The notes under the pieces were generated by a model. That model saw only the letters and a program-made list of their open reading frames with translations, was not told the DNA's origin and searched no databases. From assembly GCA_048938385.1 (NCBI GenBank), contig JBHLMG010000013.1, positions 1 to 64,000 on the forward strand: a stretch of DNA of 64,000 nucleotides. Direction: 5' to 3'. The position numbers and the translations under genes were made by a program. The stretch's first letter is position 1, and every line of letters starts with the position of its first letter. This document shows, piece after piece, positions 39,916 to 50,069 of the stretch. The DNA is from Promethearchaeota archaeon. GTDB lineage: Archaea > Asgardarchaeota > Hermodarchaeia > Hermodarchaeales > Hermodarchaeaceae.

Positions 39916-41539
39916 AACCCCGAATGAAGAACCCGTAGGATTTATTGTCGAAGAAGCAATGGCCACTGAATTCATCTTTGCCAGCGACCGTAAACGGTAT
40001 CCCCCGAAGTTCGAGTATATTACAGTCAAATCAGAAGAACTCGTTGATGGTGTACTAAAACCGGTTGAGGTTTTAGCCCAGGTTGAACGCATCACCTCTC
40101 AAAGTCTCGCACTTCGCCGGGATTTAGACATCGAAGCCATATACAGAATTAAAGAAGCCGGAATTGACGATGTGAAAACCTGGGGGGTTGCCCGCGTCCT
40201 TGGATTTCTCGTCCCTACCCAGAAAGGGCACCCTCCCCGCATTCTCTTACCCCGGCGCGCAGTCACCCCTGGAAACCCCATATACATAGCTCCTGATAGT
40301 CTCTTAGCGAAATTTTACGAATATCCCCCTGAGGCTAGCTTGTATATTGGAAATCTCATTTCTCGTCCCCAAATTCCTGTAAATATTCGCATTAACGGCT
40401 TCCGTCGCCATGTAGCGATTTTAGCCCAAACAGGTGCAGGGAAAAGTTACCTCACCGGCGTCTTGATTGAAGAACTCATGCAACGCGGAGCAACCGTCAT
40501 CATCGTTGACCCTCATGCTGACTATGTATTCCTCAGTCAAACAGAAAACGGGGAGAAACATGAATTCTCAGATCGAGTAACAATCTTCCAAAATCCTGAA
40601 AGCACAGGACGATACAGCAAGAAAGACATTGGTCGAGTCGAAGACTACACGGTACGATTAGCTGATCTCGATTTCGATGAGCTTTGCAGCGTATGCGCAA
40701 TTGGTGAAAAATATACTAACATCCGCGCAGGGCTAGAAACCGCACTTCGGCGCCTCAAAGAACGGAATGTCGTGTATCTCCCTGAAGACATCGAAAACGA
40801 ACTCAATGTTGTGGCTAACACCGAGGACCCTGAGAAACATGTGAAGCTGGGAGCCCTCAACGCAATCAAATACATTCGGCGCTTACAGCGTCTGCGCGTC
40901 TTTTCGCGCAGCGGTGTTCCCATAGACCATATCATTCAGCCCTATCATGCCTCTGTAATCGACCTCTCTGGTCTCGGAAATCGTAGCACCGACTACATTG
41001 TTAGTCGACTACTGAATGATGTGTTCGAAGCTGTGACCACGGGTGCTTTCCCCTTTCCAGTATTTGTTGTCGTAGAAGAAGCCCATACCTTTGTGCCTCC
41101 CGATCCTCCAACTTATTCTCGTCGAATTATTCGTCGCATATCACAGGAAGGACGCAAGTTCGGGGTGTTCCTCCTCCTCATCAGTCAACGACCTGGTCGG
41201 ATTCACCCCGACAGTCTCAGCCAATGTAACAGCCAAATTGTCCTCAAGATTACCAATCCGCGAGACCAAAACGCTATAGCCCAATCCTCAGAACGATTAA
41301 GTGAAGACCTCATCCGCGACCTACCTGGTCTAAACATCGGTGAGGCCGTCGTTGTGGGTGATATTACTCGCACGCCGGTGATGGTTCAAGTTCGCTCCCG
41401 CTTGACGCGCGAAGGAGGTGCTGATATCGATGTAGTCTCTAGCCTGAAAAAGGCTAGAAAAGCTGCAGGCATCGAGAAACAACTAGCAGAAGACCGAAAA
41501 CGCGTGACGAAACTCAAAGGGGCCTTCTCTGAGGTGTAA
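39908..41539 (+). CDS. herA: HerA helicase/translocase
   Basis: HAS-barrel N-terminus, AQTGAGKS, DPHADY, EEAH, EGRKFG, SQRP; GGAGG before ATG 39908. Confidence 0.95.
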   Translation: MSETPNEEPVGFIVEEAMATEFIFASDRKRYPPKFEYITVKSEELVDGVLKPVEVLAQVERITSQSLALRRDLDIEAIYRIKEAGIDDVKTWGVARVLGFLVPTQKGHPPRILLPRRAVTPGNPIYIAPDSLLAKFYEYPPEASLYIGNLISRPQIPVNIRINGFRRHVAILAQTGAGKSYLTGVLIEELMQRGATVIIVDPHADYVFLSQTENGEKHEFSDRVTIFQNPESTGRYSKKDIGRVEDYTVRLADLDFDELCSVCAIGEKYTNIRAGLETALRRLKERNVVYLPEDIENELNVVANTEDPEKHVKLGALNAIKYIRRLQRLRVFSRSGVPIDHIIQPYHASVIDLSGLGNRSTDYIVSRLLNDVFEAVTTGAFPFPVFVVVEEAHTFVPPDPPTYSRRIIRRISQEGRKFGVFLLLISQRPGRIHPDSLSQCNSQIVLKITNPRDQNAIAQSSERLSEDLIRDLPGLNIGEAVVVGDITRTPVMVQVRSRLTREGGADIDVVSSLKKARKAAGIEKQLAEDRKRVTKLKGAFSEV

Positions 41540-41544
41540 ACATA

Positions 41545-42708
41545 GTGCCCATAACCATTCTTCATACATCTGACACCCACTTAGACCTTCCAGCTATCAA
41601 ATTTGGTTCTCGGCGCTATGAACGGAAAACCGATTTCCTCAAATCCTTTGATAGTGTTATTAAATATGCTCTGGAAAACAAACCCGATCTGTTCCTTCAT
41701 TCGGGTGACCTCTTTGATGGACTCAACCCACGAAATCCAGTGCGTGCCCATGTGATGGACGGATTCCGGAAACTCCATGAAAAACAGATTCCAATCTACA
41801 TCATTAGCGGAAACCACGATGTCCCTCGGGCGCGACGCCATGGAGTAGCCCCACTACTCGAATACCAAAAGGCCGGGTTTATCCACTTTTTTCAAGATTG
41901 GGAAACGATTCAAACAGAAACCATCAATCACAAAGGGTTAGAGATTGAAATTTCAGGAATCTCGTTCAATCCTTCCATTCCCCCCTCTGAAGACCCCCTT
42001 CGTAATCTATCGATTCCCGGAAAAGGGGATGTAAACATTCTATTAACCCATTACAATGTGGAAGGCCTTCGTGGGACTTTTCCCTTTGAACCCGATATCA
42101 TGCTCAAATCTGTCCCGAAGAATCTCACCTACCTGGCTTCAGGACATAACCACGAATTTCAGCAAGAAAAGGTTGGAAACACAACCATCTGCACTCCCGG
42201 GAGTACAGAACATGTATCTTTTGCCGAGGAAGGTCATAAAAAAGGGTGTGTATGGCTCGAAATGGATACAGACGGAGTTCAACACCTCAAACAAATTCCC
42301 CTAAACACACGACCCATGCAAACCATTAAAGTCATGATACCAGTCGATGCAGACATAAATCGAATGCTAATCAAGGAAATTGACCGGTTACGAAACCCCC
42401 AACTCGTTCTACGGTTTCGCCTTAAAGGCGTCATGACCATCAAATCAGCGGAAAAGTATCGCCGCGCCGAAGTTGTCCGCCATGGCTTCGCAAAATGCTT
42501 CTCCACTGAAGTCATTGACGAACTAGAATACCAAAGCCCTGATAAAGATCTTCAATTAGCAGAAGTGGAGCTAAAACCACCCATCACGGAATACAAAGAG
42601 TATGTCACTGATCTCTTCGAGAAGGAGAAAGACGAAGAGAAGAAAGTCCTCTTGAAAAAAGCCTTAGATCGAGGTATTGGACTTTTAGAAGAAACCGGGG
42701 GTTGGTAG
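41545..42708 (+). CDS. mre11: Mre11/SbcD nuclease
   Basis: SDTH, GDLFD, GNHD, THY, GHNH. Confidence 0.93.
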   Translation: MPITILHTSDTHLDLPAIKFGSRRYERKTDFLKSFDSVIKYALENKPDLFLHSGDLFDGLNPRNPVRAHVMDGFRKLHEKQIPIYIISGNHDVPRARRHGVAPLLEYQKAGFIHFFQDWETIQTETINHKGLEIEISGISFNPSIPPSEDPLRNLSIPGKGDVNILLTHYNVEGLRGTFPFEPDIMLKSVPKNLTYLASGHNHEFQQEKVGNTTICTPGSTEHVSFAEEGHKKGCVWLEMDTDGVQHLKQIPLNTRPMQTIKVMIPVDADINRMLIKEIDRLRNPQLVLRFRLKGVMTIKSAEKYRRAEVVRHGFAKCFSTEVIDELEYQSPDKDLQLAEVELKPPITEYKEYVTDLFEKEKDEEKKVLLKKALDRGIGLLEETGGW

Positions 42709-42711
42709 AAA

Positions 42712-45078
42712 ATGGTAATCTTGCGTCAACTCAAAGCCCAAGATTTCAAACACTTAGATGTCGATTTCACCTTCCCTCAAGGAATCCTGGCTATTAGCGG
42801 ACCCAACGAGTCAGGAAAATCCTCCATATTCGAAGCAGTCCTCTTTGCCTTTTTCGGAAGAACCCACAAAGCCCCCATGGGTAACAAAGATCGCCTCATC
42901 AACTACGACGCCGATAAGCTATTCGTCCGCCTACACTTCGAAATCGATGGAACCACTTACCGAATCATTCGACACCTACACAAAAATCGTCCCAGCCAAG
43001 CTGACCTGCATAAGATATCGCCTAAGGGTGAGCTCATCCCTCTTGCAACGGGCGTGACGAATGTCAACTCAGAGATTGAAAGCCTTCTAAACGGGATTGG
43101 ACTCAACGACCTCCTAGCTAGCAATGTTGTGCTCCAGAAAGATTTAGACCGACTAAGCCAAATGGCAAAAATGGAGCGAAGAGATATTATTAACGCGATG
43201 ATGGGTCGGGACTGCTTTACCCGATCCGTCGACAAATTAGCTAACGATCTTCGCCCCCTAAAACCAGCGCAGATATCAGAACACAATCTTTTGAAAGAGC
43301 TCAAAGTACGCCACGACGAATACCTCAAGAATCAACGAGAATGTGAAGAAAAACAAGAGTCCATGAAAAAAATCGAGGTAGAGCTAAAAAATAAAAGTCA
43401 AGTCTTTGCGCAAACAGAGAAAAAATTTAGGGCTGTCAAAGCTTACAAAACCGCAAAGGAAGAGCGTGAGCGAATTCAACGGGAAATCGAGCACAACGAT
43501 GAAACTACGACACAGCTTGAAGCCCAAATCGCTAGTTTAGGTAAACTCCAACCCCAACAAAAGAAGCTCCAAAAACAAGCAAAACAGCGCGAATACTTGG
43601 AAAAGGATGATCGCGTATTTCAACAGGTCCTTGCTGGTGCTGAACAACTTCAAGCCAAAATCGATGAACAGAACATGGCTTCGAAGACTATCTCAAGCCT
43701 CGAAGAACAAATTGGAGAACTCGCCCCCTTACAGGAAGTCGTCAGGGAATATGAGATCATAAAGGAACAGCGTCACAAAGCCGAAGCCACTCAACGCCGC
43801 GTTTTTTCTCCTCTTCTGTACATTCCCTCAATTAGCTTACTATCAGCAGGGATTGTCGCTATCTTCTTAAATCTAATAGCCGGTCTAGCGCTCATTCTCA
43901 TCTCTATACCGTTTTTGGGCTATTTGCTGTACAGCTACTTCTCCTATAGCCGTATCCAACCTCGACTCCAAGCTTTAAAGTTGCGAGAACAAGAACTAAG
44001 TGATCAAGTTGCTCAGTATCGGGCGAAGGAAACCTTTCAAAGTCAATTAACTGCGCAGCTCGAACAGAAACAGCAGCTAACTAATCAAATCTCGATTTTA
44101 TCTCAGGAAGTACACAGTAAACTCCAATCCCTCTCTCCTGCCCTATTAGAAGGCGTTACTATTCGCTCTTACACTGAAGTCCCCAATCTCCAAAATGCCG
44201 TAAAAACTGTTGAAAAAACCCTTCTCGGACTAAAAGCAAACCGAGATTCCGTGCTTGACCAACTCCAATCCATTAACGACCAATTGAGCCGCTTTGCCTC
44301 CTTGAAAAAGGACTTAACGCAAAGCGAGAAACGCCATATCACCCTTCAAGAACAACTAGCTCAAATCTCACTTCCCATTCTTCCTGACGACATACAGACC
44401 TACTCTGAAAAACTATACGAGGAGCTAGATCAACAGCATACGACGCTAGGTCAAGAAAAAGTAAGATTACAAACACAACGGGAAAGTACTAAAAAACGCC
44501 TCGATGAACTAGTTACCGAACTCAAGGCTAACGAAGGCGTTATCGAAGAATATGCACAAAAAGAACAAGCTGTTAAGAAACTGGATGAGAACCTCAAATC
44601 TGGACAGCTAACAATCCAGCTGATTCGTGAAGTCGCAGAACGCGGCCGAGAACAAGTTCGGCCCCGCGTAGTCAATGTGATGGAACGCATTCTTGCAGCG
44701 ATCACGGATGGGAAGTATCGATTTCCAAAACTCAGCGAAGATTTCAGCTTAAAGGTGTATTCTGCGGAAGCAGGAGAGTATGTTGACGCCAACCTCTACA
44801 GTGGAGGCACGGAAGACCAATTCCTATTGGCACTCCGGCTAGGATTTGCCATTGCCTTGCTACCTCAAGGACGCGGGGCGACCCCTCAATTTCTCTTTCT
44901 CGATGAACCCTTCGGTGGTTCTGATATCCAACGCCGCGATAACATTATTCGCCTCCTTAAAGATGAACTATCCCAACGATTTCAGCAAATCATAGTCGTG
45001 AGCCATCAGACAGCCGTACTATCAGCATCCGAATACCAGTTTCGAATGGCAAACGGGCGCCTTTTTCATTCTGATTAA
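42712..45078 (+). CDS. rad50: Rad50/SbcC-like SMC ATPase with a central transmembrane hairpin and no zinc hook
   Basis: GPNESGKS, YSGG, FLDEPF, VSH; coiled coils; hydrophobic residues ~364-412; no CxxC. Confidence 0.88.
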   Translation: MVILRQLKAQDFKHLDVDFTFPQGILAISGPNESGKSSIFEAVLFAFFGRTHKAPMGNKDRLINYDADKLFVRLHFEIDGTTYRIIRHLHKNRPSQADLHKISPKGELIPLATGVTNVNSEIESLLNGIGLNDLLASNVVLQKDLDRLSQMAKMERRDIINAMMGRDCFTRSVDKLANDLRPLKPAQISEHNLLKELKVRHDEYLKNQRECEEKQESMKKIEVELKNKSQVFAQTEKKFRAVKAYKTAKEERERIQREIEHNDETTTQLEAQIASLGKLQPQQKKLQKQAKQREYLEKDDRVFQQVLAGAEQLQAKIDEQNMASKTISSLEEQIGELAPLQEVVREYEIIKEQRHKAEATQRRVFSPLLYIPSISLLSAGIVAIFLNLIAGLALILISIPFLGYLLYSYFSYSRIQPRLQALKLREQELSDQVAQYRAKETFQSQLTAQLEQKQQLTNQISILSQEVHSKLQSLSPALLEGVTIRSYTEVPNLQNAVKTVEKTLLGLKANRDSVLDQLQSINDQLSRFASLKKDLTQSEKRHITLQEQLAQISLPILPDDIQTYSEKLYEELDQQHTTLGQEKVRLQTQRESTKKRLDELVTELKANEGVIEEYAQKEQAVKKLDENLKSGQLTIQLIREVAERGREQVRPRVVNVMERILAAITDGKYRFPKLSEDFSLKVYSAEAGEYVDANLYSGGTEDQFLLALRLGFAIALLPQGRGATPQFLFLDEPFGGSDIQRRDNIIRLLKDELSQRFQQIIVVSHQTAVLSASEYQFRMANGRLFHSD

Positions 45079-45117
45079 CGGCTAATAACTAAAACTAACC
45101 CAAAAGTAGATAATCAC

Positions 45118-46515
45118 TTGTTTCTATGCTATTTCTGGGCAGTGACACTGGAGAATCCCATTATGAATGTACCCGCGCTCCAGATCAATCGATGGAAAAA
45201 GGCGTTCCCCTTAGCTGGATTTAAACCCGCGTTAAATCCCCCTACTGATGCCGAACGCCGGTTAGCTCAACAGTTTTGCCCAGCTATTTTTGTGGATCTT
45301 GCCCTCATAAAGGAAGAACAAGCTGACATCGCTCATCACCTTGGAATCGACCAGAAAAAAAGTGGTTTTGTTGCGTCATTAAGGGAACGGGTTCGCGGTC
45401 GAGATTTTGCGGGAATGGCGGATGCACTCTTCTTATTCTGTCTCGGTGAGTTTCCGAGTAATCTCACTGGGGCTAAACTCGCAATCCTTGGTGTTGCCCT
45501 TCCTGAGAGCGAACTTCCTTGGGACAAAGAGATGCACCGTGTACTTGATGAGTTCAGGACTCGTCTTCGCGCCGACTACGAAAAGGAACTGTTTGAATTT
45601 ATCAGGCAACTCTATTACACGATATTTCCCTCAGAGGAAACTCCTACCTGCGTAATTAAGTACCGTGTCAGCCAAGACCCTGCTGACTCCAATGTATTTG
45701 GCATTCAATACTTCGCCTATTGGCCAATCCAGCTATTTCCAAGGCATTTGTTCGATTATGAACCCATTACAGTTGTTGTCCGAAAAGAAGGAAAAATATT
45801 CGAGCCCCTACTCGTTGCTTTTAACGCAGAATATGGAGCGCGACCTTTATTGAAAGGTAAGCGCCCGGGACACAGTATTCGGACTTTTTTCAACTGGGAT
45901 AGTCGAGATTTACAGATCGGTCCGTCCGACTTTAATCCGATGGCCGATTACATGACTAAGGCCTTTGGGGGAAGTTATTACTACGAAGAGATACCTGATG
46001 ATCGCCGGTTAAGCCACATCAACAACCTTCAGTGTGCAGACAGCCCCATCGCGCTAAATGTACAAACCAAGTGGCACTCCTATGACCTCTGTAATGCTGA
46101 TGTGCTTCGAAGTCAAAGACCCCTTCCCTGCAAGCTTCACCCACTCAAAACTCAGGATTTGCTACATATAGAATGGAATGTGCTGGATCCCTTCCAAGCG
46201 CCATTTCTTTATCCTAATATCGGAAAGAAAAACGCCCTGATGCATTTTCCTTTGAACGCTGCTACACTATGGCAAGGTGAAACCTATCGCCGGTGGAGCG
46301 ACTACGCGTTAGTCGAGTTTCATATCAAGCATGGTCGCCCATCACAAACGGTTTCCAATTTGTATGCTTATCAGGTTGGCTTGTTCATTGACTTGTTTGC
46401 AGAAATCACCGGTGAAGGGTTAGGCTTAAGCATGTGGCCTCTCATCGAAGCACGCGAGCGTGAAATCAAGGATACCCTCTCATTCATCAAACGGTTGCGC
46501 CGATCCAAAGACTAG
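45118..46515 (+). CDS. Hypothetical protein, possibly Vps62/NPP1-like
   Basis: FCPAIF and IQYFAYWP...HLFDYEPITV; real start probably downstream. Confidence 0.6.
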   Translation: MFLCYFWAVTLENPIMNVPALQINRWKKAFPLAGFKPALNPPTDAERRLAQQFCPAIFVDLALIKEEQADIAHHLGIDQKKSGFVASLRERVRGRDFAGMADALFLFCLGEFPSNLTGAKLAILGVALPESELPWDKEMHRVLDEFRTRLRADYEKELFEFIRQLYYTIFPSEETPTCVIKYRVSQDPADSNVFGIQYFAYWPIQLFPRHLFDYEPITVVVRKEGKIFEPLLVAFNAEYGARPLLKGKRPGHSIRTFFNWDSRDLQIGPSDFNPMADYMTKAFGGSYYYEEIPDDRRLSHINNLQCADSPIALNVQTKWHSYDLCNADVLRSQRPLPCKLHPLKTQDLLHIEWNVLDPFQAPFLYPNIGKKNALMHFPLNAATLWQGETYRRWSDYALVEFHIKHGRPSQTVSNLYAYQVGLFIDLFAEITGEGLGLSMWPLIEAREREIKDTLSFIKRLRRSKD

Positions 46516-46572
46516 TAATCCCTCTTCCGTCACGCTTAAAACCAGAAATTAGAGTGAACAGAAGAAAGTGAA

Positions 46573-47031
46573 GTGACCATGCCTTCTGTATACTCGACCG
46601 ATACCACTCCCGGGGTGACGACTAGTCAGTTTACTCAGCGCTTCTGGTTAGCCTTACTTATCGCCCTTGTAATAGTATGCGTGCTTTGGGGTTTTTTCCA
46701 ACCTTATCCTTTCAACATTCTCCTCTGGGTAATCGCGCTTGCTTTTCTGATCATCTTCCTTTTCATGATCTACCGTGGTTCTCGTGGCCCTCCACAAATC
46801 AAACTCGCTGAAGTTCGACGATTAATTTCCTGCGAGAGCTGCGGTGTGGAAACTGAAGGTCCCTTCGAAACAGGTGATCATGTCTTCCGTAAAGTCGGAT
46901 CGTGTCCACGCTGTGGAGGCTTACTTTATGTGAAAGCCATTTACTCTATCGAAGGAAAAGAGCCCCTGAAACGTCAGCAGCCACCAGAACAAACCACAAC
47001 TGAGGCTAGAGAAGCGCCATCTCAAAGTTAA
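46573..47031 (+). CDS. Membrane protein with C-terminal zinc finger
   Basis: 2 TM segments; CESC...GDHVF...CPRC. Confidence 0.8.
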   Translation: MTMPSVYSTDTTPGVTTSQFTQRFWLALLIALVIVCVLWGFFQPYPFNILLWVIALAFLIIFLFMIYRGSRGPPQIKLAEVRRLISCESCGVETEGPFETGDHVFRKVGSCPRCGGLLYVKAIYSIEGKEPLKRQQPPEQTTTEAREAPSQS

Positions 47032-47038
47032 AGAATTC

Positions 47039-47947
47039 TTAGCAACCCATTAGCTCCTGAATGTTACCAGCAAAGATACATCTCAAATCGTCGGGTGCCA
47101 CCTTTAAGCGTTGAAAGATTTCTAGTTGTTTTTCAAGAATATCAATTCGAAATCCACGGGGAAACATCGAGCTGTCTGAACCAAAAACGATACGATTTGC
47201 TCCCCCTGCTTCAAGGGTCCGTTTCAAGACGCCTTCTAAATCTGGGGGATACGGAATGTAGCGCATCCAGATGTTGGACCCTGAGGTATCGACATAGATG
47301 TTATCAGTTTGATAAAATAGCAGGAGAGTTTCTCGAAACATTCCTGCGCCAAGATGTGCAATGCCAAACTTCAAATTCGGGAAATCTCGTGCTGCAGGTT
47401 GTAAATCGAGGGGATTTCCATATCGAAGGTCGACACCTGCTCCAATGGAAATACCGAAATGATGGAGAACGGGAACTTGGAGCTCATCGGCTACTTGGTA
47501 AATACGGTAGGCTTCTTTTCCGTACGCGTAGAAGTTGTGTAAGACAGGATAGAGTTTGAACGCATGAAAACCCAATTTCTTGATGGCATACTGTGCCTGG
47601 TCTTCAGCCTCAGGGAGAAGCGGGTTTATGTTTGCGTATCCGTAGAATCGGTCGGGGAAGCGTCTCAGCCCGTCAGCAAAGTCTTCCCACGCTTCCGGTC
47701 CTACCATCATTCCAATTCGGGCGATCCCGTATCGATCTAATTCCTTTACCCACCGTTGAACAAAATCTTCTTCAGGGCCTGGCGTATCGACTGAAGTCAT
47801 ATCCGTGTGCGTTTGGATTCGGCGTTGAATTGCTTTAGAACTCACTTGCCAGGATTGAAAGGTTGCGTAGTTTAGGTAATGTGAGTGACTATCAATGACT
47901 TCCAATCCTATTTTTTGGTGGAGAAAACCCGTTTTTGGTTTAGACAC
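47039..47947 (-). CDS. Amidohydrolase_2 family TIM-barrel hydrolase
   Basis: DSHSH, KLYP, AHLG, FGSD. Confidence 0.9.
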   Translation of the reverse strand: MSKPKTGFLHQKIGLEVIDSHSHYLNYATFQSWQVSSKAIQRRIQTHTDMTSVDTPGPEEDFVQRWVKELDRYGIARIGMMVGPEAWEDFADGLRRFPDRFYGYANINPLLPEAEDQAQYAIKKLGFHAFKLYPVLHNFYAYGKEAYRIYQVADELQVPVLHHFGISIGAGVDLRYGNPLDLQPAARDFPNLKFGIAHLGAGMFRETLLLFYQTDNIYVDTSGSNIWMRYIPYPPDLEGVLKRTLEAGGANRIVFGSDSSMFPRGFRIDILEKQLEIFQRLKVAPDDLRCIFAGNIQELMGC

Positions 47948-48091
47948 AAGAACACCTCAAATGCGAGGACTGCAGCTGAGCTTAATGAATTTGTTGCAGT
48001 TCCGAAATCAAAGAGTTCATAGGACGCAGGTTTAAAGGTGTGTGGTAATAGCGAATCAGTGACACTTGGTAAACAGGAGATGTAACCTATC

Positions 48092-48787
48092 TTGTCTTTT
48101 TCAAGTCGTAACCCTAGCACCGATAAGAGTCGTTATGAACGCGTAAGTATCGAGGCTGCAGACCTCGCACTTGAAGGTCGCCTTGCTTTGGTCAGCGATG
48201 CAAATCAACCTGGTTTAGTGCTTTGCCATCCACATCCACTAATGGGGGGTAGCATGGATGACAGTCGACTTGTTACCTTGAGTAGGGCTGCTGTCGCCGC
48301 AGGTATCAATACGCTCCGCTTTAATTTCCGAGGAGTTGGACAAAGTCAAGGAAAATTCGGGCATGGGGTGGGTGAAATACAAGATACGATTACTGCGGTG
48401 AATTATCTTCGTAACCATCCATATGTACAAGGATCTCGGATCGCCCTTTTAGGCTACAGCTTCGGAGGTAGCATCGCTCTCGCCGCTGCGATGGATGCCA
48501 CACCCGTTGCTCTTGTAACGATTAGTGCGCTATTTAGACTTCCAGACCTTGATCCATCTATTGTAACTGAGGCGCTTCGCTTTATCCCCTGTCCAACATA
48601 TGTATTACACGGGCGCGAAGATCGAACAGTTAACCCGGTTGAAGCTGAAGCTATCTTCGCTAAACTTCAGGTCAAAGAAAAGTATCTCAGGGTAATTAGA
48701 GGTGCTAACCATTTCTGGAGTCGCCGTTTGGGCACCATCGTTCCAATGATAATTGCATTTCTTCGAGATAAACTCGATATGAAATGA
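48092..48787 (+). CDS. Alpha/beta hydrolase
   Basis: CHPHPLMGG, RFNFRGVGQS, GYSFG nucleophile, D and H (GANHF). Confidence 0.9.
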   Translation: MSFSSRNPSTDKSRYERVSIEAADLALEGRLALVSDANQPGLVLCHPHPLMGGSMDDSRLVTLSRAAVAAGINTLRFNFRGVGQSQGKFGHGVGEIQDTITAVNYLRNHPYVQGSRIALLGYSFGGSIALAAAMDATPVALVTISALFRLPDLDPSIVTEALRFIPCPTYVLHGREDRTVNPVEAEAIFAKLQVKEKYLRVIRGANHFWSRRLGTIVPMIIAFLRDKLDMK

Positions 48788-48917
48788 GCTAGAATTTTTA
48801 GGTAACATTTGAGATTGCGCAAAATCATAGATTCTCCTTCATGAAGTCGGATTTCCATAGTTTTTTAAGAACGCATCTAGAAGAGAACTCCGAGCGGCAC
48901 CGACAAAGGGACTGACC

Positions 48918-49166
48918 ATGACACAATCGGCAGGGCGGTTCTTCATCTCATCGGTGAAAGAAATTGGTCAATGGGATTGGACCAAAACTGACCAATGCTC
49001 TGTCTGTGGTCTCAGAATCCGTGACGGGCAACAGATGGTCTTCTGTACCAGTTGCGGAAACCCCGCCCACTATACCCACCTTGCGGAATGGGTAAAGACG
49101 AGAGGAACCTGCCCCATATGTCGGAACCGCATAAACCTCAGAAGGTTGAAACCGGTTAGAAAATAG
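48918..49166 (+). CDS. Small RING-finger protein, putative E3 ligase
   Basis: CxxC-x12-CxxC-x4-HxxH-x3-W-x6-CPxC. Confidence 0.85.
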   Translation: MTQSAGRFFISSVKEIGQWDWTKTDQCSVCGLRIRDGQQMVFCTSCGNPAHYTHLAEWVKTRGTCPICRNRINLRRLKPVRK

Positions 49167-49179
49167 TCGGGTGAAAAAA

Positions 49180-49416
49180 ATGCGAATAGAAGTTGTACCA
49201 GCGATTGGTGGTAGTGATCCTATTGCACTTGAGGTGGAGCCAAACACTACTATTGGCGAAATCCGGAATCGCGTTGCTCAGATGCGTCGTATTCCACCTA
49301 ATATCGTCATTCTAGCCTACCGTGGTGCTCAATTGACTGATGAACAATCTGTCAAAAGTGTCGGTATCACACCCCATGATAAATTGTACCTCATCACACG
49401 GACTGAGGGCGGTTAG
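49180..49416 (+). CDS. Ubiquitin-like protein ending in free GG
   Basis: Aligns with ubiquitin (LEVEP, TI, IPP, G.QL, R..GG); GGTGA SD 5 nt before ATG 49180; alternative GTG start at 49171. Confidence 0.93.
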   Translation: MRIEVVPAIGGSDPIALEVEPNTTIGEIRNRVAQMRRIPPNIVILAYRGAQLTDEQSVKSVGITPHDKLYLITRTEGG

Positions 49417-49535
49417 AGTCTCCTTAACCCTTCGGTTTCGATCTCTGTCGCCCTTTGTCTTCTTCTTTTCTATGTAATAGAAGATTATTCACTGCGTTTG
49501 CCATAAATTAACTAGTTGGCAGTGGTAACCAACCG

Positions 49536-49549
49536 AAAAGGTATTTATC
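49536..49549 (+). promoter_or_regulatory. Putative BRE/TATA promoter for the E2-E1 genes
   Basis: GAAAAGGTATTTAT in the Ub-E2 gap, after a T-rich terminator-like stretch. Confidence 0.4.
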
Positions 49550-49607
49550 TCTAATGCAGTTGGTTAGGTTACTGGGGACCGGCAGTGTAGACAGAGGCGC
49601 TGTCCGC

Positions 49608-50069
49608 ATGTTATCAGAAGAGGACTACTGGGCAAGACTCGCTCTTGAAGCCAAAAACATAGAAACCGAGGAACCTTCCTTCCAACCTATACAAGGTGAC
49701 CTTAGGCGATGGCAAGGCTTCGTTTTAGGTACGGGGATTTATGACGGGGGGGTGTTCGTTCTCCAAATTAATGTGCCCAGAGCTTTTCCCTATGAACCCC
49801 CTCAAGTCCGATTTATCACTAAAATATGGCATCCAAACATCTATCGTGGCCGTGTCTGCGTCGGCGTCTTGGGGAAAGACTGGCTTCCCAGCATGTCTCT
49901 TTCTGGTGTAATAGAAACGCTCCGGAATTTACTTAACTTTCCAAACCCTGACGATCCACTAAACCAACAAGCTTCGCGAGAGGCGAAACGAAACCCTGAA
50001 CAATTTGAACGCACTGCACGAGAGTGGGTTAGACGCTACGCAGGATGGGACCAAATACAACATAGGTGA
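49608..50069 (+). CDS. Ubiquitin-conjugating enzyme E2
   Basis: YDGGVF, FPYEPP.V.F.TKIWHPNI, active Cys in GRVC, PNPDDPLN; ORF track starts at 49554. Confidence 0.96.
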   Translation: MLSEEDYWARLALEAKNIETEEPSFQPIQGDLRRWQGFVLGTGIYDGGVFVLQINVPRAFPYEPPQVRFITKIWHPNIYRGRVCVGVLGKDWLPSMSLSGVIETLRNLLNFPNPDDPLNQQASREAKRNPEQFERTAREWVRRYAGWDQIQHR

